The notes under the pieces were generated by a model. That model had not been told where the DNA came from, did not search any database, and saw nothing but the letters and a program-made list of their open reading frames with translations. From an uncultured cyanobacterium (GTDB lineage: Bacteria; Cyanobacteriota; Cyanobacteriia; PCC-9006; JAAUQQ01): DNA of 64,000 nt. Numbering within the stretch: the first letter of the stretch is position 1; every line of letters begins with the position of its first letter. The position numbers and the translations under genes are program-made. The stretch lies in NCBI GenBank assembly GCA_963718615.1, contig OY970368.1, positions 640,001-704,000 on the forward strand. Reading direction: 5' to 3'. This document shows, one piece after another, positions 43,135 to 53,471 of this stretch.

Positions 43135-43299
43135 TTATGTACGTGTCAAGGGATTAGGCATAATTAAGAGCGTGTCCTGGGCAATGATAGCGATTTCTAA
43201 GTCCCTGAGCTCCTCTAAACTCATCTCTGAAGCAATACGATCGTACTCTGCATCACTGGGCTCGGTAGCAAGCCAATCCATAATCTGCTCAAAGGTCAT
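43135..43299 (-). CDS. Small acidic hypothetical protein (54 aa)
   Basis: MTFEQIMDWLATEPSDAEYDRIA...; ATGA overlap with the upstream ORF. Confidence 0.5.
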   Translation of the reverse strand: MTFEQIMDWLATEPSDAEYDRIASEMSLEELRDLEIAIIAQDTLLIMPNPLTRT

Positions 43300-43592
43300 G
43301 GGTCTGCTCCTGGAGGTATTGGGGGACGGGGCAACTTCATCAGGTGACCCCCAATCTGGTACTTGATATACGGGCCATACCCCAGCAAGCACAAGGTATG
43401 AACCAAGTCCCTCGCTGATAGATCGTGGAGATAGGCACCGTGCCCGTCCATGGTCGATAAGCGGTCCTTGAGGGCATCTCTCAGGATCTCATTCCCAGGG
43501 CCTCGCAGCTCGCTCGTGGGCTCATCTGGGTGGTTCGTGGGCAGTAGCATCTCGCTATCAGGCTCATTGGTCAGGTACAGTTTTATGGTCAT
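43296..43592 (-). CDS. Hypothetical protein (possible immunity-type partner)
   Basis: 98 aa; ATGA overlap with the upstream metallopeptidase ORF. Confidence 0.55.
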   Translation of the reverse strand: MTIKLYLTNEPDSEMLLPTNHPDEPTSELRGPGNEILRDALKDRLSTMDGHGAYLHDLSARDLVHTLCLLGYGPYIKYQIGGHLMKLPRPPIPPGADP

Positions 43593-44230
43593 TTTCGGCT
43601 CATAGCTCCTAACGTAATAAGCGTATGGTCTGGGTACTCCTGTAAGAACTTGATAAAGTCCTGCTCATACAGAAGCTCTTGGATACCCATGCTCGTAACC
43701 TCCTGGAATGCGTACCCTCGCGGGAACCCCGACCACTTGTATTCTTTACCTACATACGGTTTGCTGAAGTCCCCCGGAACCGCTATCTCAGTATCAGCAT
43801 ACCCAGGATCCCCTGTCAGTAGTGAGAGCTTTTGGCGGTCACCTGGATTGGGTGCTTTGCTCTCCACCCACTGGATTATAGCCTCTGTCAGATCAGGGTC
43901 TATGTAGTTCATGCAGTGCGTTAGTTCATGAACAAGAGTCTTGTAGAACCGAACGGGTTCTTCCGGGTCAAAGGGCGGAAGCACGTAATCCTGCTCAACC
44001 TCCATTGTAGTAGCCCCAGCTTGAGCGTAAGATCTTCCATTCACTGTTGCTTTGGTCGTTACCTTGTGGGATGGAGCGGCGATACGGTTCAAAGCGGAGG
44101 AGCCATCGTACACGTACTTTGGACCCGCTAGATTGGCCCAAAGTTGAACCATTTCCTTGATGCTTTGCTCCGAAACACCTGGGGTACTAGAGGTCTCGAT
44201 CGTGATACTGTCTATACATCTGATGTCTGA
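43589..44230 (-). pseudogene. 5'-truncated HExxH metallopeptidase-like domain, phage-like
   Basis: LVHELTHC and downstream EVTSMG; frame remains open upstream of ATG 44152 to the island junction near 44230; no HIP1. Confidence 0.55.
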
Positions 44231-44234
44231 GCAA

Positions 44235-46658
44235 CTAAACCCTCGCTAAAATCAGAATTCCCCAAAGCACTGCGATCGCCGCCATCACCGCCGCCCATAT
44301 CGGATGCCCCCGCTCCGAAGACCGTCCCCCCGATGTCGTCCGCAGTTGCTCCACATCTAGCCACAGCGTCGCGCCCCGGCGTAGCCAACCACTGACGACG
44401 ACCTCGCGACCCAGCAAAAAACTGGGGCGTAAAAACTTGGGCCAAAGATTCCCCGCCGGACCTAAGGGCGAACACCAGTGCAGCCGCACCGGCCCCGCTT
44501 CGGTTTGCAGGAGCAGATCCTGGCCCAGCCAGTTGCTCACCCCCGCTCGCCCGGTTAGTCGTCCCGTCAACTGTACCGGTTCCGCATCCATCGGCAACAA
44601 AAAGGGTTGGGGCAAAATCGTCGCGATCGCCCGGTCCGCTGCCGTTTCCCGTTGCGCTCGCTGGGGAAAAAACGAATTTGTCCGCAGAATCAATCCTAGC
44701 CCCACACCAATGGGAATACAACCCCAGATCAGCGTGCGATCGCCAAACATCCAGTCCAGTTGCCAAAGGCCAAACAAACTCACCGTCGCCCCGATGCCCC
44801 AGAGCAGCAAACCCATGAGCAAACCCGCGATCGCCCCATAGAACGGAGCCCCTTGGAGCAATAGCGGTCCCCACAGTTCAAAACAACGCCGGAGCGCAAC
44901 TCGGCGATCGCCCCAGCCTTTTTCCGAGGTCCAAGCGACCCAGAGATTGAGCGAGTCCCGTTCGGGAGCAGGCAGCATCACATCCGGCGGTTGCTTCGAG
45001 CGAATGCCGTAGCCATTCAGTAAGGAGAGGCGATCGCCCAGCAGCGGATGGGCATTGTTCAGATTCAGCCAGCGACGGTAGGGGCTAGAGCAGTCCCAGG
45101 CCAGCCGCGCATCCGCCTCTAGGTCGACGATCGGTAGGGCTGCGGTCAGGGCTACAGATGCGCCTAGGGGTAAGAGCAATTCAAAGCCTTCCAGCAGGGG
45201 CAATGTCTGCTCCTGTTGGGCCAAGGCTTCACAGAGGGCTTGGGCATAGGACCGCAGCGCCCGACTGTAGGCCGCCGGATCTCCGAGAAAATCCGCCGCC
45301 GCGCGATCGCCATAGAGAACCCGCCAGCGGGACAAGCCGAGCAACGGCCAGCGCCAGAGTTTATAAAGACCGTAGGCGATCGCCCCGAAAACGCCGCCCA
45401 GGACCATGCCCGTCCGAAACAAAAACCGAAATCCCGCATCCAGTTTGTGATTCGATACCAGCTTTTCACGACAGCGGTTGCCCACCCCAGCGCAGAGCCA
45501 ATACAAACCGTAGGGGAGTTGGAGCAAACCGTTGAGCCAGGGTAGGACGAGGGCGGAGTGGGTGGCGAATTTACCGAGTTCTCCGGCGATGAGGGCGGCG
45601 ATCGCCTCACTGTTCAACCGTTCCAGCAATCCCCGACTTAGCACAATGCGACCATCGCGGGGCGAATGACCCACGGAAAAGATAATCGGAACCGACGTTT
45701 CTAGGAGCAGCAACCGTTCCGGCGAAAGACTCCGTTGTTTTTTGAAAAAGCGTTCCAGTAAGGCCATGGCATCGGCGCTGTGGGGTTTGAGGTCTTCCAA
45801 GGGAAAATCTTGCCCAGGACTGTAGAATCGCAAGATCCCGGCGATCGCCCAGGGCAACCCCACCAGCAACGCCACCGCTGCCCAGCGCAGCGGCTCCTGC
45901 AAGGGCGTCCAGTCGGGGATCGAAACGAAGGAGGAAATCCAAGGCAGGCGAGCCAGACCCCGGTCGAGAGCCGTCGTGATCCAATCCAGGGAGAAGGGAA
46001 TGGCCCAAAGGGTGAACCCCACGGTCAACAGTTCCACCAGCCGCAGTTTGAGCGGACCGAGCTGCTTTGCCAGAGACTGATGGCCAATCCAGAGAATCGC
46101 AAAGAGAATGACGCCCAGAACTGCCACGACCCAGCGTTGGTAATCGCTCAGCCAAGCCGGCCAAAACCCCAGCCCCGACAACTGACTCAGCCCCCAGATC
46201 AGCACCCCCGACCAGGCCAACCAAACCCAGCGCTCCGTGCGCAGCGGCGAGAGCGGACGCCAACTGGGATTGCGCACGGACAAATCGGAAATCGGCTGGG
46301 ACGGTTCCGGCGGGGCTTCAAAGGCTTGGGTGGGCGCTTCGGCGGTTTCCATTTCCTGCTGTTTGGCGCGCCATTTCAGCTTTTTGAGGCTTTTCTTCGC
46401 CCAGGCTTGGGTTTCGGGTTTGGCGCTGCTGTGGAGGGGATAGCAGAGGGCGATCGCCTTTTCAAAATTCTCAATGCGATCGTAGGCCACGATCAACGCC
46501 ATCTGGGCCTGTTCCCAATAGGCTCCCCTGGGGACTTGACGCAGATGGGCGATCGCCCCATCATAATCCTCCTGCTTGAGTGCCGCTAAGCCCGCTTTGA
46601 GCTTCGCTTTAATCAGGGTTGATGGGTCTATTTGGGAAGAAGTCGGCTGGCTAGACAT
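44235..46658 (-). CDS. M48/HtpX-like membrane protein with an N-terminal TPR-like region; zinc motif degenerate
   Basis: IVLSRGLLERLNSEAIAALIAGELGK, YGDRAA, ALR, HPLLGDRL; start uncertain. Confidence 0.75.
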   Translation of the reverse strand: MSSQPTSSQIDPSTLIKAKLKAGLAALKQEDYDGAIAHLRQVPRGAYWEQAQMALIVAYDRIENFEKAIALCYPLHSSAKPETQAWAKKSLKKLKWRAKQQEMETAEAPTQAFEAPPEPSQPISDLSVRNPSWRPLSPLRTERWVWLAWSGVLIWGLSQLSGLGFWPAWLSDYQRWVVAVLGVILFAILWIGHQSLAKQLGPLKLRLVELLTVGFTLWAIPFSLDWITTALDRGLARLPWISSFVSIPDWTPLQEPLRWAAVALLVGLPWAIAGILRFYSPGQDFPLEDLKPHSADAMALLERFFKKQRSLSPERLLLLETSVPIIFSVGHSPRDGRIVLSRGLLERLNSEAIAALIAGELGKFATHSALVLPWLNGLLQLPYGLYWLCAGVGNRCREKLVSNHKLDAGFRFLFRTGMVLGGVFGAIAYGLYKLWRWPLLGLSRWRVLYGDRAAADFLGDPAAYSRALRSYAQALCEALAQQEQTLPLLEGFELLLPLGASVALTAALPIVDLEADARLAWDCSSPYRRWLNLNNAHPLLGDRLSLLNGYGIRSKQPPDVMLPAPERDSLNLWVAWTSEKGWGDRRVALRRCFELWGPLLLQGAPFYGAIAGLLMGLLLWGIGATVSLFGLWQLDWMFGDRTLIWGCIPIGVGLGLILRTNSFFPQRAQRETAADRAIATILPQPFLLPMDAEPVQLTGRLTGRAGVSNWLGQDLLLQTEAGPVRLHWCSPLGPAGNLWPKFLRPSFLLGREVVVSGWLRRGATLWLDVEQLRTTSGGRSSERGHPIWAAVMAAIAVLWGILILARV

Positions 46659-46947
46659 AGGCGACAGATGCAAAAAAACCCGCTCAGTTTTATTGTTCAC
46701 CAACCCCTTGGAGGATGGAACATTCCGGTCTGAATACACCGAGTCACGCGATCGTGAGTTGGGCGCTCTGGTTTCCCCTAGAGCCTAGCGCTGCGGCAGC
46801 GATTTTTGCAGGTGCCGCATCGTGGAGTCATGGGAATCGTGGTCGATTGGGTGATGAACACCTCTCAGTACGCTAATCTTGATCTCTGTGCCAAAATCCT
46901 GTGTGCCCCCAAGATCCTGTCCTTTGTCTTCACGCTGAACCTGAACC

Positions 46948-48462
46948 ATGTCCGATCTCCGCGATACTCGCCTGGAAAAAGCCGAACAGCTCCGTCAGTT
47001 GGGGCAAAATCCCTACGCCTACCGTTGGGAATCCACCCATAGCGCCGCTGTACTCCAGGAGAAATATGCGGACCTGGAGAATGGGGAAGAGGTGGAGGTA
47101 GAGGTGGCGATCGCCGGTCGGATCATGGCGCGGCGCGTCTTTGGCAAACTAGCCTTCTTCACGCTTCAGGACGAAACCGGCCAAATTCAACTCTTCCTCG
47201 ATAAGAAAAAGATCCAAGCCACCCTGGGCGAGGCCGACCCCGAAGCCTTTAGTCATCTGAAAAACCTCACCGATGTCGGAGATTTCATCGGCGTCAAAGG
47301 CAGCGTGCGTCGGACCGACAAAGGCGAACTCTCCATCAATGTAGGGTTTTATCAAATCCTGACGAAATCGCTGCTGCCCCTGCCGGACAAGTGGCATGGC
47401 CTCACCGATGTGGAAAAGCGCTACCGTCAGCGTTATGTGGATCTCATCGTCAACCCCGAAGTGCGGGAAACCTTCCGGCGGCGGGCGAAAATCACCGCTG
47501 CCATTCGCCGTTACCTTGATGAACAGGGCTTCATCGAAATTGAAACCCCCGTCCTCCAATCCGAAGCAGGCGGAGCCGCAGCTAAGCCCTTTGTGACCTA
47601 CCACAATGCCACGGAAATGGAGATGTATTTGCGCATCGCCACGGAGCTACACCTCAAGCGGCTGATTGTGGGAGGATTCGAGAAGGTGTTTGAACTGGGC
47701 CGAATCTTCCGCAATGAGGGCGTTTCGACGCGGCACAATCCCGAGTTTACGTCAATCGAGGTGTACCAAGCCTACGCCGACTACAACGACATGATGGCGC
47801 TGACCGAGGCGATTATCACCGATTCCGCTCAGGCGGTACTAGGCACCCTAGAGATTGAATACCAGGGTGAGGCCATCAATCTCAACACCCCCTGGAAACG
47901 GATGACAATGCATGAGGCAGTTCGTGAGGCAACTGGCGTAGACTTCTCAGCAATTGAAGATCTGGAAGCGGCAAAAGCCGCTGCCCAAGCAGCGGGAATT
48001 CACGGCGTTGGCGAAGCAACCTCTATCGGCAAGATCCTCAACGAAGCCTTTGAGCAAAAAGTCGAAGAAACGCTAATTCAGCCCACCTTTATTCTCGACT
48101 ATCCCGTAGAAATTTCGCCCTTGGCCAAACCCCATCGCTCCAAGCCGGGATTGGTAGAACGATTTGAATTGTTTATTGTGGGTCGAGAAACCGCGAATAG
48201 TTTCTCGGAGTTGACGGACCCCATTGATCAGCGAGAGCGTCTTGAGGCACAAGCCGCGCAGAAGGCGGCAGGGGATGAGGAAGCCAATAGCGTTGATGAG
48301 GATTTTCTCACGGCATTGGAGTATGGCATGCCACCCACCGGAGGCTTAGGCATTGGCATCGACCGATTGGCGATGCTGTTGACAGATTCACCGAGCATTC
48401 GGGATGTGATTGCGTTTCCGCTGTTGCGGTCGGAAAAGTCAGCCCAGGATGAAAGTGAGTAG
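46948..48462 (+). CDS. lysS: Lysine--tRNA ligase (class II)
   Basis: [38 protein letters not shown]. Confidence 0.99.
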   Translation: MSDLRDTRLEKAEQLRQLGQNPYAYRWESTHSAAVLQEKYADLENGEEVEVEVAIAGRIMARRVFGKLAFFTLQDETGQIQLFLDKKKIQATLGEADPEAFSHLKNLTDVGDFIGVKGSVRRTDKGELSINVGFYQILTKSLLPLPDKWHGLTDVEKRYRQRYVDLIVNPEVRETFRRRAKITAAIRRYLDEQGFIEIETPVLQSEAGGAAAKPFVTYHNATEMEMYLRIATELHLKRLIVGGFEKVFELGRIFRNEGVSTRHNPEFTSIEVYQAYADYNDMMALTEAIITDSAQAVLGTLEIEYQGEAINLNTPWKRMTMHEAVREATGVDFSAIEDLEAAKAAAQAAGIHGVGEATSIGKILNEAFEQKVEETLIQPTFILDYPVEISPLAKPHRSKPGLVERFELFIVGRETANSFSELTDPIDQRERLEAQAAQKAAGDEEANSVDEDFLTALEYGMPPTGGLGIGIDRLAMLLTDSPSIRDVIAFPLLRSEKSAQDESE

Positions 48463-48777
48463 GAGTTGTCAAGCCTTTCTAGGTTATGCAGTCCCGTTAT
48501 GCAAGCGAAGCTGCGGGCGTTGGTGGATGAGTTGGGTGAGGGTGGGGGCTGGGATAGTCTATGGGGATGAGCGGTATGTGGGGGCATTTGGGGACGATCG
48601 GGGTTGGTGACACCTTGGAATTATCGCAAGAACTTAGTTGTAGACATCTTCTGCTTTTTTCCTTTAGCCCCAATTGCAAAGCTAAAATCTTTTGCTACCG
48701 TTTTATATGCAAGTTGATTGCAAGCATAGGTTACCGGTAGCCTGACTTAAAAAAATGAAATTTTTGAGTTTGTCGAT

Positions 48778-49242
48778 CTAGTAAGTCTTTGTAGAACTCT
48801 GGCTCTGATGGTTATCTTGCTTCAACTTATTTGTCCAATCATCTGACGAGGCAGTTCCTGGTGAACACAAGCTGGGATCAATGCGCTCCCTGAGCACAAG
48901 GCCCTGATTCCGGTAAGATTCTCGAGCATCTTCAGTGAGAAGACCATAATAATGCCCCAAAATATGATCCACTTGTTCAATCCAAAAATTAAGTAGTGCA
49001 TCGTCGATTGCTGCTTCCAAAATCTTGTCAACCTTTTGCTCTTCTTCTTCTAAAGGCTCGACAAGCTGTGATAAACGTCCGTATTCCAGCACCTTCTCTT
49101 TTATGTCCGGAGTAGTTTGCTGCAATAGGTTTTCATCTAGAAGCTGGCTGATTTGTACATAGTCGTTCTGAGTTTCCATTCTTGCGTTCCCTTCTATGCA
49201 ACATTTCAATGGTGTTGCTCCACTAACACTTGTTAGCACCAT
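48778..49242 (-). CDS. Hypothetical protein divergent from the sigma factor
   Basis: 154-aa ORF (start may be METQ at 49179); acidic helical region ILEAAIDDALLNFWIEQVDH. Confidence 0.6.
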   Translation of the reverse strand: MVLTSVSGATPLKCCIEGNARMETQNDYVQISQLLDENLLQQTTPDIKEKVLEYGRLSQLVEPLEEEEQKVDKILEAAIDDALLNFWIEQVDHILGHYYGLLTEDARESYRNQGLVLRERIDPSLCSPGTASSDDWTNKLKQDNHQSQSSTKTY

Positions 49243-49995
49243 CTACTGTGTATAGTAGATATAAATGAATGCGTTTTACAGTGTAGAGAGCTGAATTAAA
49301 AGAACAATCAAGCATGATCTATTTCATCCTGTGTACTGGGCCGTTAAATAAGAGATAATTGCTCTGATAGCTTAAGAAGAGATAGATGTACTGGTGTTTA
49401 AGTTTTGCTACATCCCTCTTCAGTTGAGCTTTGTACTGTTCCCATAAGCGATGTAACGAATTCGGATCTTGGTATTCTAGGAGAATTACCTGATGGCACC
49501 ATCGCTTGGAAATAATAGAAGCCAGTACGCTATCCATGGTGTTGTTTCTTTCGATTGTGGATGAACTGGACGAGACAAGAGCACCCCCAGCTCAAGGAGC
49601 AGAGGGGTAAGTAATACCTTTTGACTTGCACTCAAGACTTTGTGTATCACGGGCCGATTATGTGACCCATTTTCTTTGTGATACAGATGAACTTTTGTGA
49701 CAGCACTCATAATTTTGATGTGATGGTTGGAGATGTCAACACTGGCCAAAATGTTGTAAGGCTAGTAAATCCATGTAGCCATATAAGTCGTGCATGATCT
49801 GTATGTCACAAAAATCTCTAGTGAATCACAATTCTTCGGAGTGACTCGTGTGGTTTGGCTGTGGGAGCCAGGGGAGGCGTGCCGCTCATTTTATTGCTTT
49901 TCCCATGGGTGGAGAAATGAGAGAGGCACATCAACGTCAACAGGGTTGGAATCTATGGCTCCACCCTCGCGAAACAACATCGTGGAGATGATGTA

Positions 49996-50673
49996 ATGAC
50001 AAACCAATTCAGGCAGCAGGGCACAGATGGGTCCCAGGAGTTCGTAAATCAGGATTCCGTTGGTTCTGTCGATTTTTATTACTCGGAGGAAGAGGGGACT
50101 CCAGGTATTTCGGAGGAGCTGGCTTGTCATCGATTTCGCATCGAATTTTTGCGGGTGACAGATCCAGATACGAAACAAGGCGCGATTTTGTACGCTGCGG
50201 TTTCGAGGGTGCTGAAGTCCTATCGATTATCCGGTTTATACAGCATTATTGATGTGTTGAATGAAGCCTATGAGCGGGGGGTGCAGGCGAATCAGAAAAA
50301 GGAGATTGAGAATGTTGCGGGTTGGATTCGCCGGACAGGGCGCAATATTGCGTCTGAATGGAGTCGCCTAGAAGATCGTACGGTGTCAGCCGATGAACGA
50401 TTGGCAAACTGGCCAGCGGTAGATCCCTTAGATGGGAATGATTTGAGTCAGGAGCTCAAACGAGTGCGTCTAGCGACTCGAAAATTAGAGCCTCGTGATC
50501 AGCGAATTCTACAGCTCAAAATCGTTGAAAGGCTTCCTTGGTCTGAGGTTCAGCAGATTCTTCGAGATGAAGGGTTTGGTGACTGTACGATTGTGGGGCT
50601 CCGCAAACGCAAGGAGCGGGCACTAACCAGACTTCGGTTGCTTTATCACGAGACGTCTTTGAAAGAGGAGTAA
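49996..50673 (+). CDS. Sigma-70 (ECF-like) RNA polymerase sigma-factor-family protein
   Basis: Region 2-like DVLNEAYERG...GWIRRTGRNI and region 4-like LEPRDQRILQLKIVERLPWSEV...LRKRKERALTRLR. Confidence 0.75.
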   Translation: MTNQFRQQGTDGSQEFVNQDSVGSVDFYYSEEEGTPGISEELACHRFRIEFLRVTDPDTKQGAILYAAVSRVLKSYRLSGLYSIIDVLNEAYERGVQANQKKEIENVAGWIRRTGRNIASEWSRLEDRTVSADERLANWPAVDPLDGNDLSQELKRVRLATRKLEPRDQRILQLKIVERLPWSEVQQILRDEGFGDCTIVGLRKRKERALTRLRLLYHETSLKEE

Positions 50674-50824
50674 TGCGTTTCAGGCTTCTGTTGTCTTTTG
50701 CATTGGGTTGCACCTTCTCTGTTGCAAGCGATCGCCCCACCTCGGCAAATTCAAGAAATTTAATCCCTATGACATCCCTACACCTGCTCAAATAGAATTT
50801 GTCTTGATCGCTTGTATTCCCTGT

Positions 50825-52935
50825 ATGTCCAACCTCAGCCAGCTCGAAGCCTCTCTCTGGGAGGCGGCTGATCAGCTCCGCGCCAATTCAAAACTGAATG
50901 CCTCTGAGTACAGCATGCCGGTACTGGGGCTGATTTTCCTGCGTCACGCGACCAATCGCTACGAGGTCGTGCGGGAGGAGATTGAGAAGACGCTACCGAC
51001 GCGGGGCGGCAAGAAGCGAGCCCTGACCGCTGCGGATTTTAAGAGCAAGGCGGCGCTGTTTTTGCCGGAGACGGCGCATTATGACTATCTCCTGAACCTT
51101 CCAGAAGACAAAAATCTCGGTGCAGCGCTGGTCCAGGCGATGAAGGACATTGAGGAGCAGTCCGACCTGCTGAAGGGTGTGCTGCCGAAGGAGTACACCG
51201 GGTTTGATAAGGCGCTGTTGCGTGACCTGGTGCGGATTTTTGGGCGGGATGAGTTGAAGACGGCCCAGGGCGATGTGTTTGGCCGGATTTATGAATATTT
51301 CCTCAATAAGTTTGCGATGAGCGGTGCCCAGGAAGGGGGCGAGTTTTTCACGCCGCCGTCGCTGGTGCGGATGATTGTGAATGTGATTGAGCCGAAGCGG
51401 GGGGTGGTGTTTGACCCGGCCTGCGGCAGTGCGGGGATGTTTGTGCAAACGGGGCATTTTTTGGAGCGGCTCGGTACGAATCCTTCGGAGAAGGTGACGT
51501 TCTTTGGGCAGGAGAAGTCGGAGACGAATACGCGGCTGGCGAAGATGAACCTGGCGGTGCATGGGCTGGATGGGAATATCCAGCTCGGCAATACGTTCTA
51601 CGACTTTCGCAAGGAGCTGGTGGGAGCCTGTGACTATGTGATGGCAAATCCGCCATTCAATGTGGATTTGGTGGATCCCAAGAAAATCAAGAACGACGAC
51701 CGGCTGTTTACCGAGAAGAAGATTCCGGGCATTAGCCCCAAGACAGAGACGGTAAGCAATGCGAACTACCTGTGGATTCAGTATTTCCATGCCTATCTGA
51801 AGCCGGGTGTGGGTCGTTCTGGGTTTGTGATGGCGAGTTCGGCGTCGGATGCGGGCCATGGGGAGAAGACGATCCGCGAGCAGATTATTGAGACGGGAGA
51901 CGTGGATGCGATCATCTCCATCGGCACAAACTTCTTTTACACGCGCTCATTGCCTTGCACGCTCTGGTTCTTTGACCGGGGGAAGCCGGAGGCCCGCAAG
52001 GACAAGATTTTGATGATCGATGCCCGGAATGTGTTTCGGGTGGTGACGCGGAAGATTAATGACTTTAGCGAGGAGCAGCTTCAGAATCTAACGGCGATTA
52101 CTTGGTTGTATCGCGGGGAGACGAAGCGGTTCTTGGGGCTGGTGCGGTCCTATATTGAGCAGGTGTATGGCGAGGCGGAGCCTTTGGTGGAGCGGCTGGC
52201 TGGCTGGGATACAGCGCTGGAGCCGTTGATGGGTCGGTTGAAGCAGCTAGGGGAAACGGTGCAGCCGCTGATGACGGAGAAGGCTGAGGTGACAGCGGAG
52301 TCGGTGGAGGCGTTTAAGGCGCAATGGGTGGAGCTGGAGGCGGCTGTGGTGCAGCTAGGTGAGGACCGAGCAGCGTTGATGGCTGGCATTGGGGCTTTGC
52401 CGATGCCGGAGGAGCTGGAGACGAATGAGGCCCAGCATAGGTGGGCGGAGCAATTTGGGGCGCAGGTGTCGTTGTGGAAGGCGGTGCAGAAGGAGACAAA
52501 TCAGGTTTATAAGCTGGTGGGCCGAGGGGTGGAGTTGGCGGAGAAGCAGTTGGGGGCAAGGGGGCTGAAGGACTGGAATAGCCGGGAGGTGCGGCAGGAG
52601 CGGCAGGGGCTGGAGGCGGCGCGGGATGGTGTGGTGGCTGTGGTGAACAGGTGCTGTATTTCGAGCAGCAGGTGCTGTGGTTGCAGTCACGGTTCCCGGA
52701 GGCGGCGATGGTGGATGTGCCGGGGCTTTGTCGGGTGATTGAGCGGGGTGAGATTGAGGATGGGAGTTTGACGCCGGGGCGGTATGTGGGCGTGGCTGCT
52801 CAGGTGGAGGATGAGGATGAGGAGGCGTTTGAGGAGCGGATGCGGGCGATCCATGGGGAGTTGGCGGGGTTGAATGCGGAGGCGGTGGAGTTGGCTGAGG
52901 CGATTCAGAGCAATTTTGCAGAGCTGGGTTTTTAG
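50825..52935 (+). pseudogene. hsdM: Type I R-M methyltransferase HsdM with a one-base frameshift near 52647
   Basis: GEFFTP, DPACGSAG and NPPF intact; C-terminus VLYFEQQ...SLTPGRYVG...FAELGF lies in another frame; could be a sequencing error. Confidence 0.85.
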
Positions 52936-52938
52936 CTA

Positions 52939-53436
52939 CTAGGCGGGAAGCCCCGCGCTCTCCCGAAGGGGAGCGTCGGGATGAGAGCCAGGGGCACTGA
53001 GGGGGTTCGATGCCCCCGAAGTGCCCAAAACAGGAGAATCTTGCTGCTCAATGTACCGCTTCAGGACGGATACCGTGACCCCTCCACAACTGGCAATGAA
53101 GTACGACTCATTCCAGAGCACTGACTTCCAATAGAACTTGTTCACGCGCTCTGAAAACTCAGACCGCAGTCTGCGGCTAGAGACAGACTTCAAGTTGTTG
53201 ATGAACTTGGGCAGCGCCATCTGAGGGTAGTACTGAAACAAGACGTGGATATGGTCGGCCTCACCGTTGACCTCTATCACCTTGCAGTCCCACTTCTCAC
53301 ACAGGTCGCCAACTACTTCTGTCAGTCGTTGCAGCATCTCAGCAGTGAACACTTTGCGGCGGTATTTTGTGGTCAGCACCAGATGGGCTTTAAGGTCTGA
53401 AACCGACCGCCCACTCGAAACAAAGTCGTCTTTCAT
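52939..53436 (-). CDS. tnpA: IS200/IS605 Y1 (HUH) transposase TnpA
   Basis: HLVLTTKYRR, DHIH (HUH), LWNESYF, YIEQQ. Confidence 0.95.
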   Translation of the reverse strand: MKDDFVSSGRSVSDLKAHLVLTTKYRRKVFTAEMLQRLTEVVGDLCEKWDCKVIEVNGEADHIHVLFQYYPQMALPKFINNLKSVSSRRLRSEFSERVNKFYWKSVLWNESYFIASCGGVTVSVLKRYIEQQDSPVLGTSGASNPLSAPGSHPDAPLRESAGLPA

Positions 53437-53471
53437 TAATCAGTGTGCCTTGAAAGTGTTACACTCATTGT

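Noticed and set aside
49319-49996. Short ORFs in the spacer next to the sigma gene
   Set aside because: No recognisable motifs and overlapping conflicting frames; not supportable as genes
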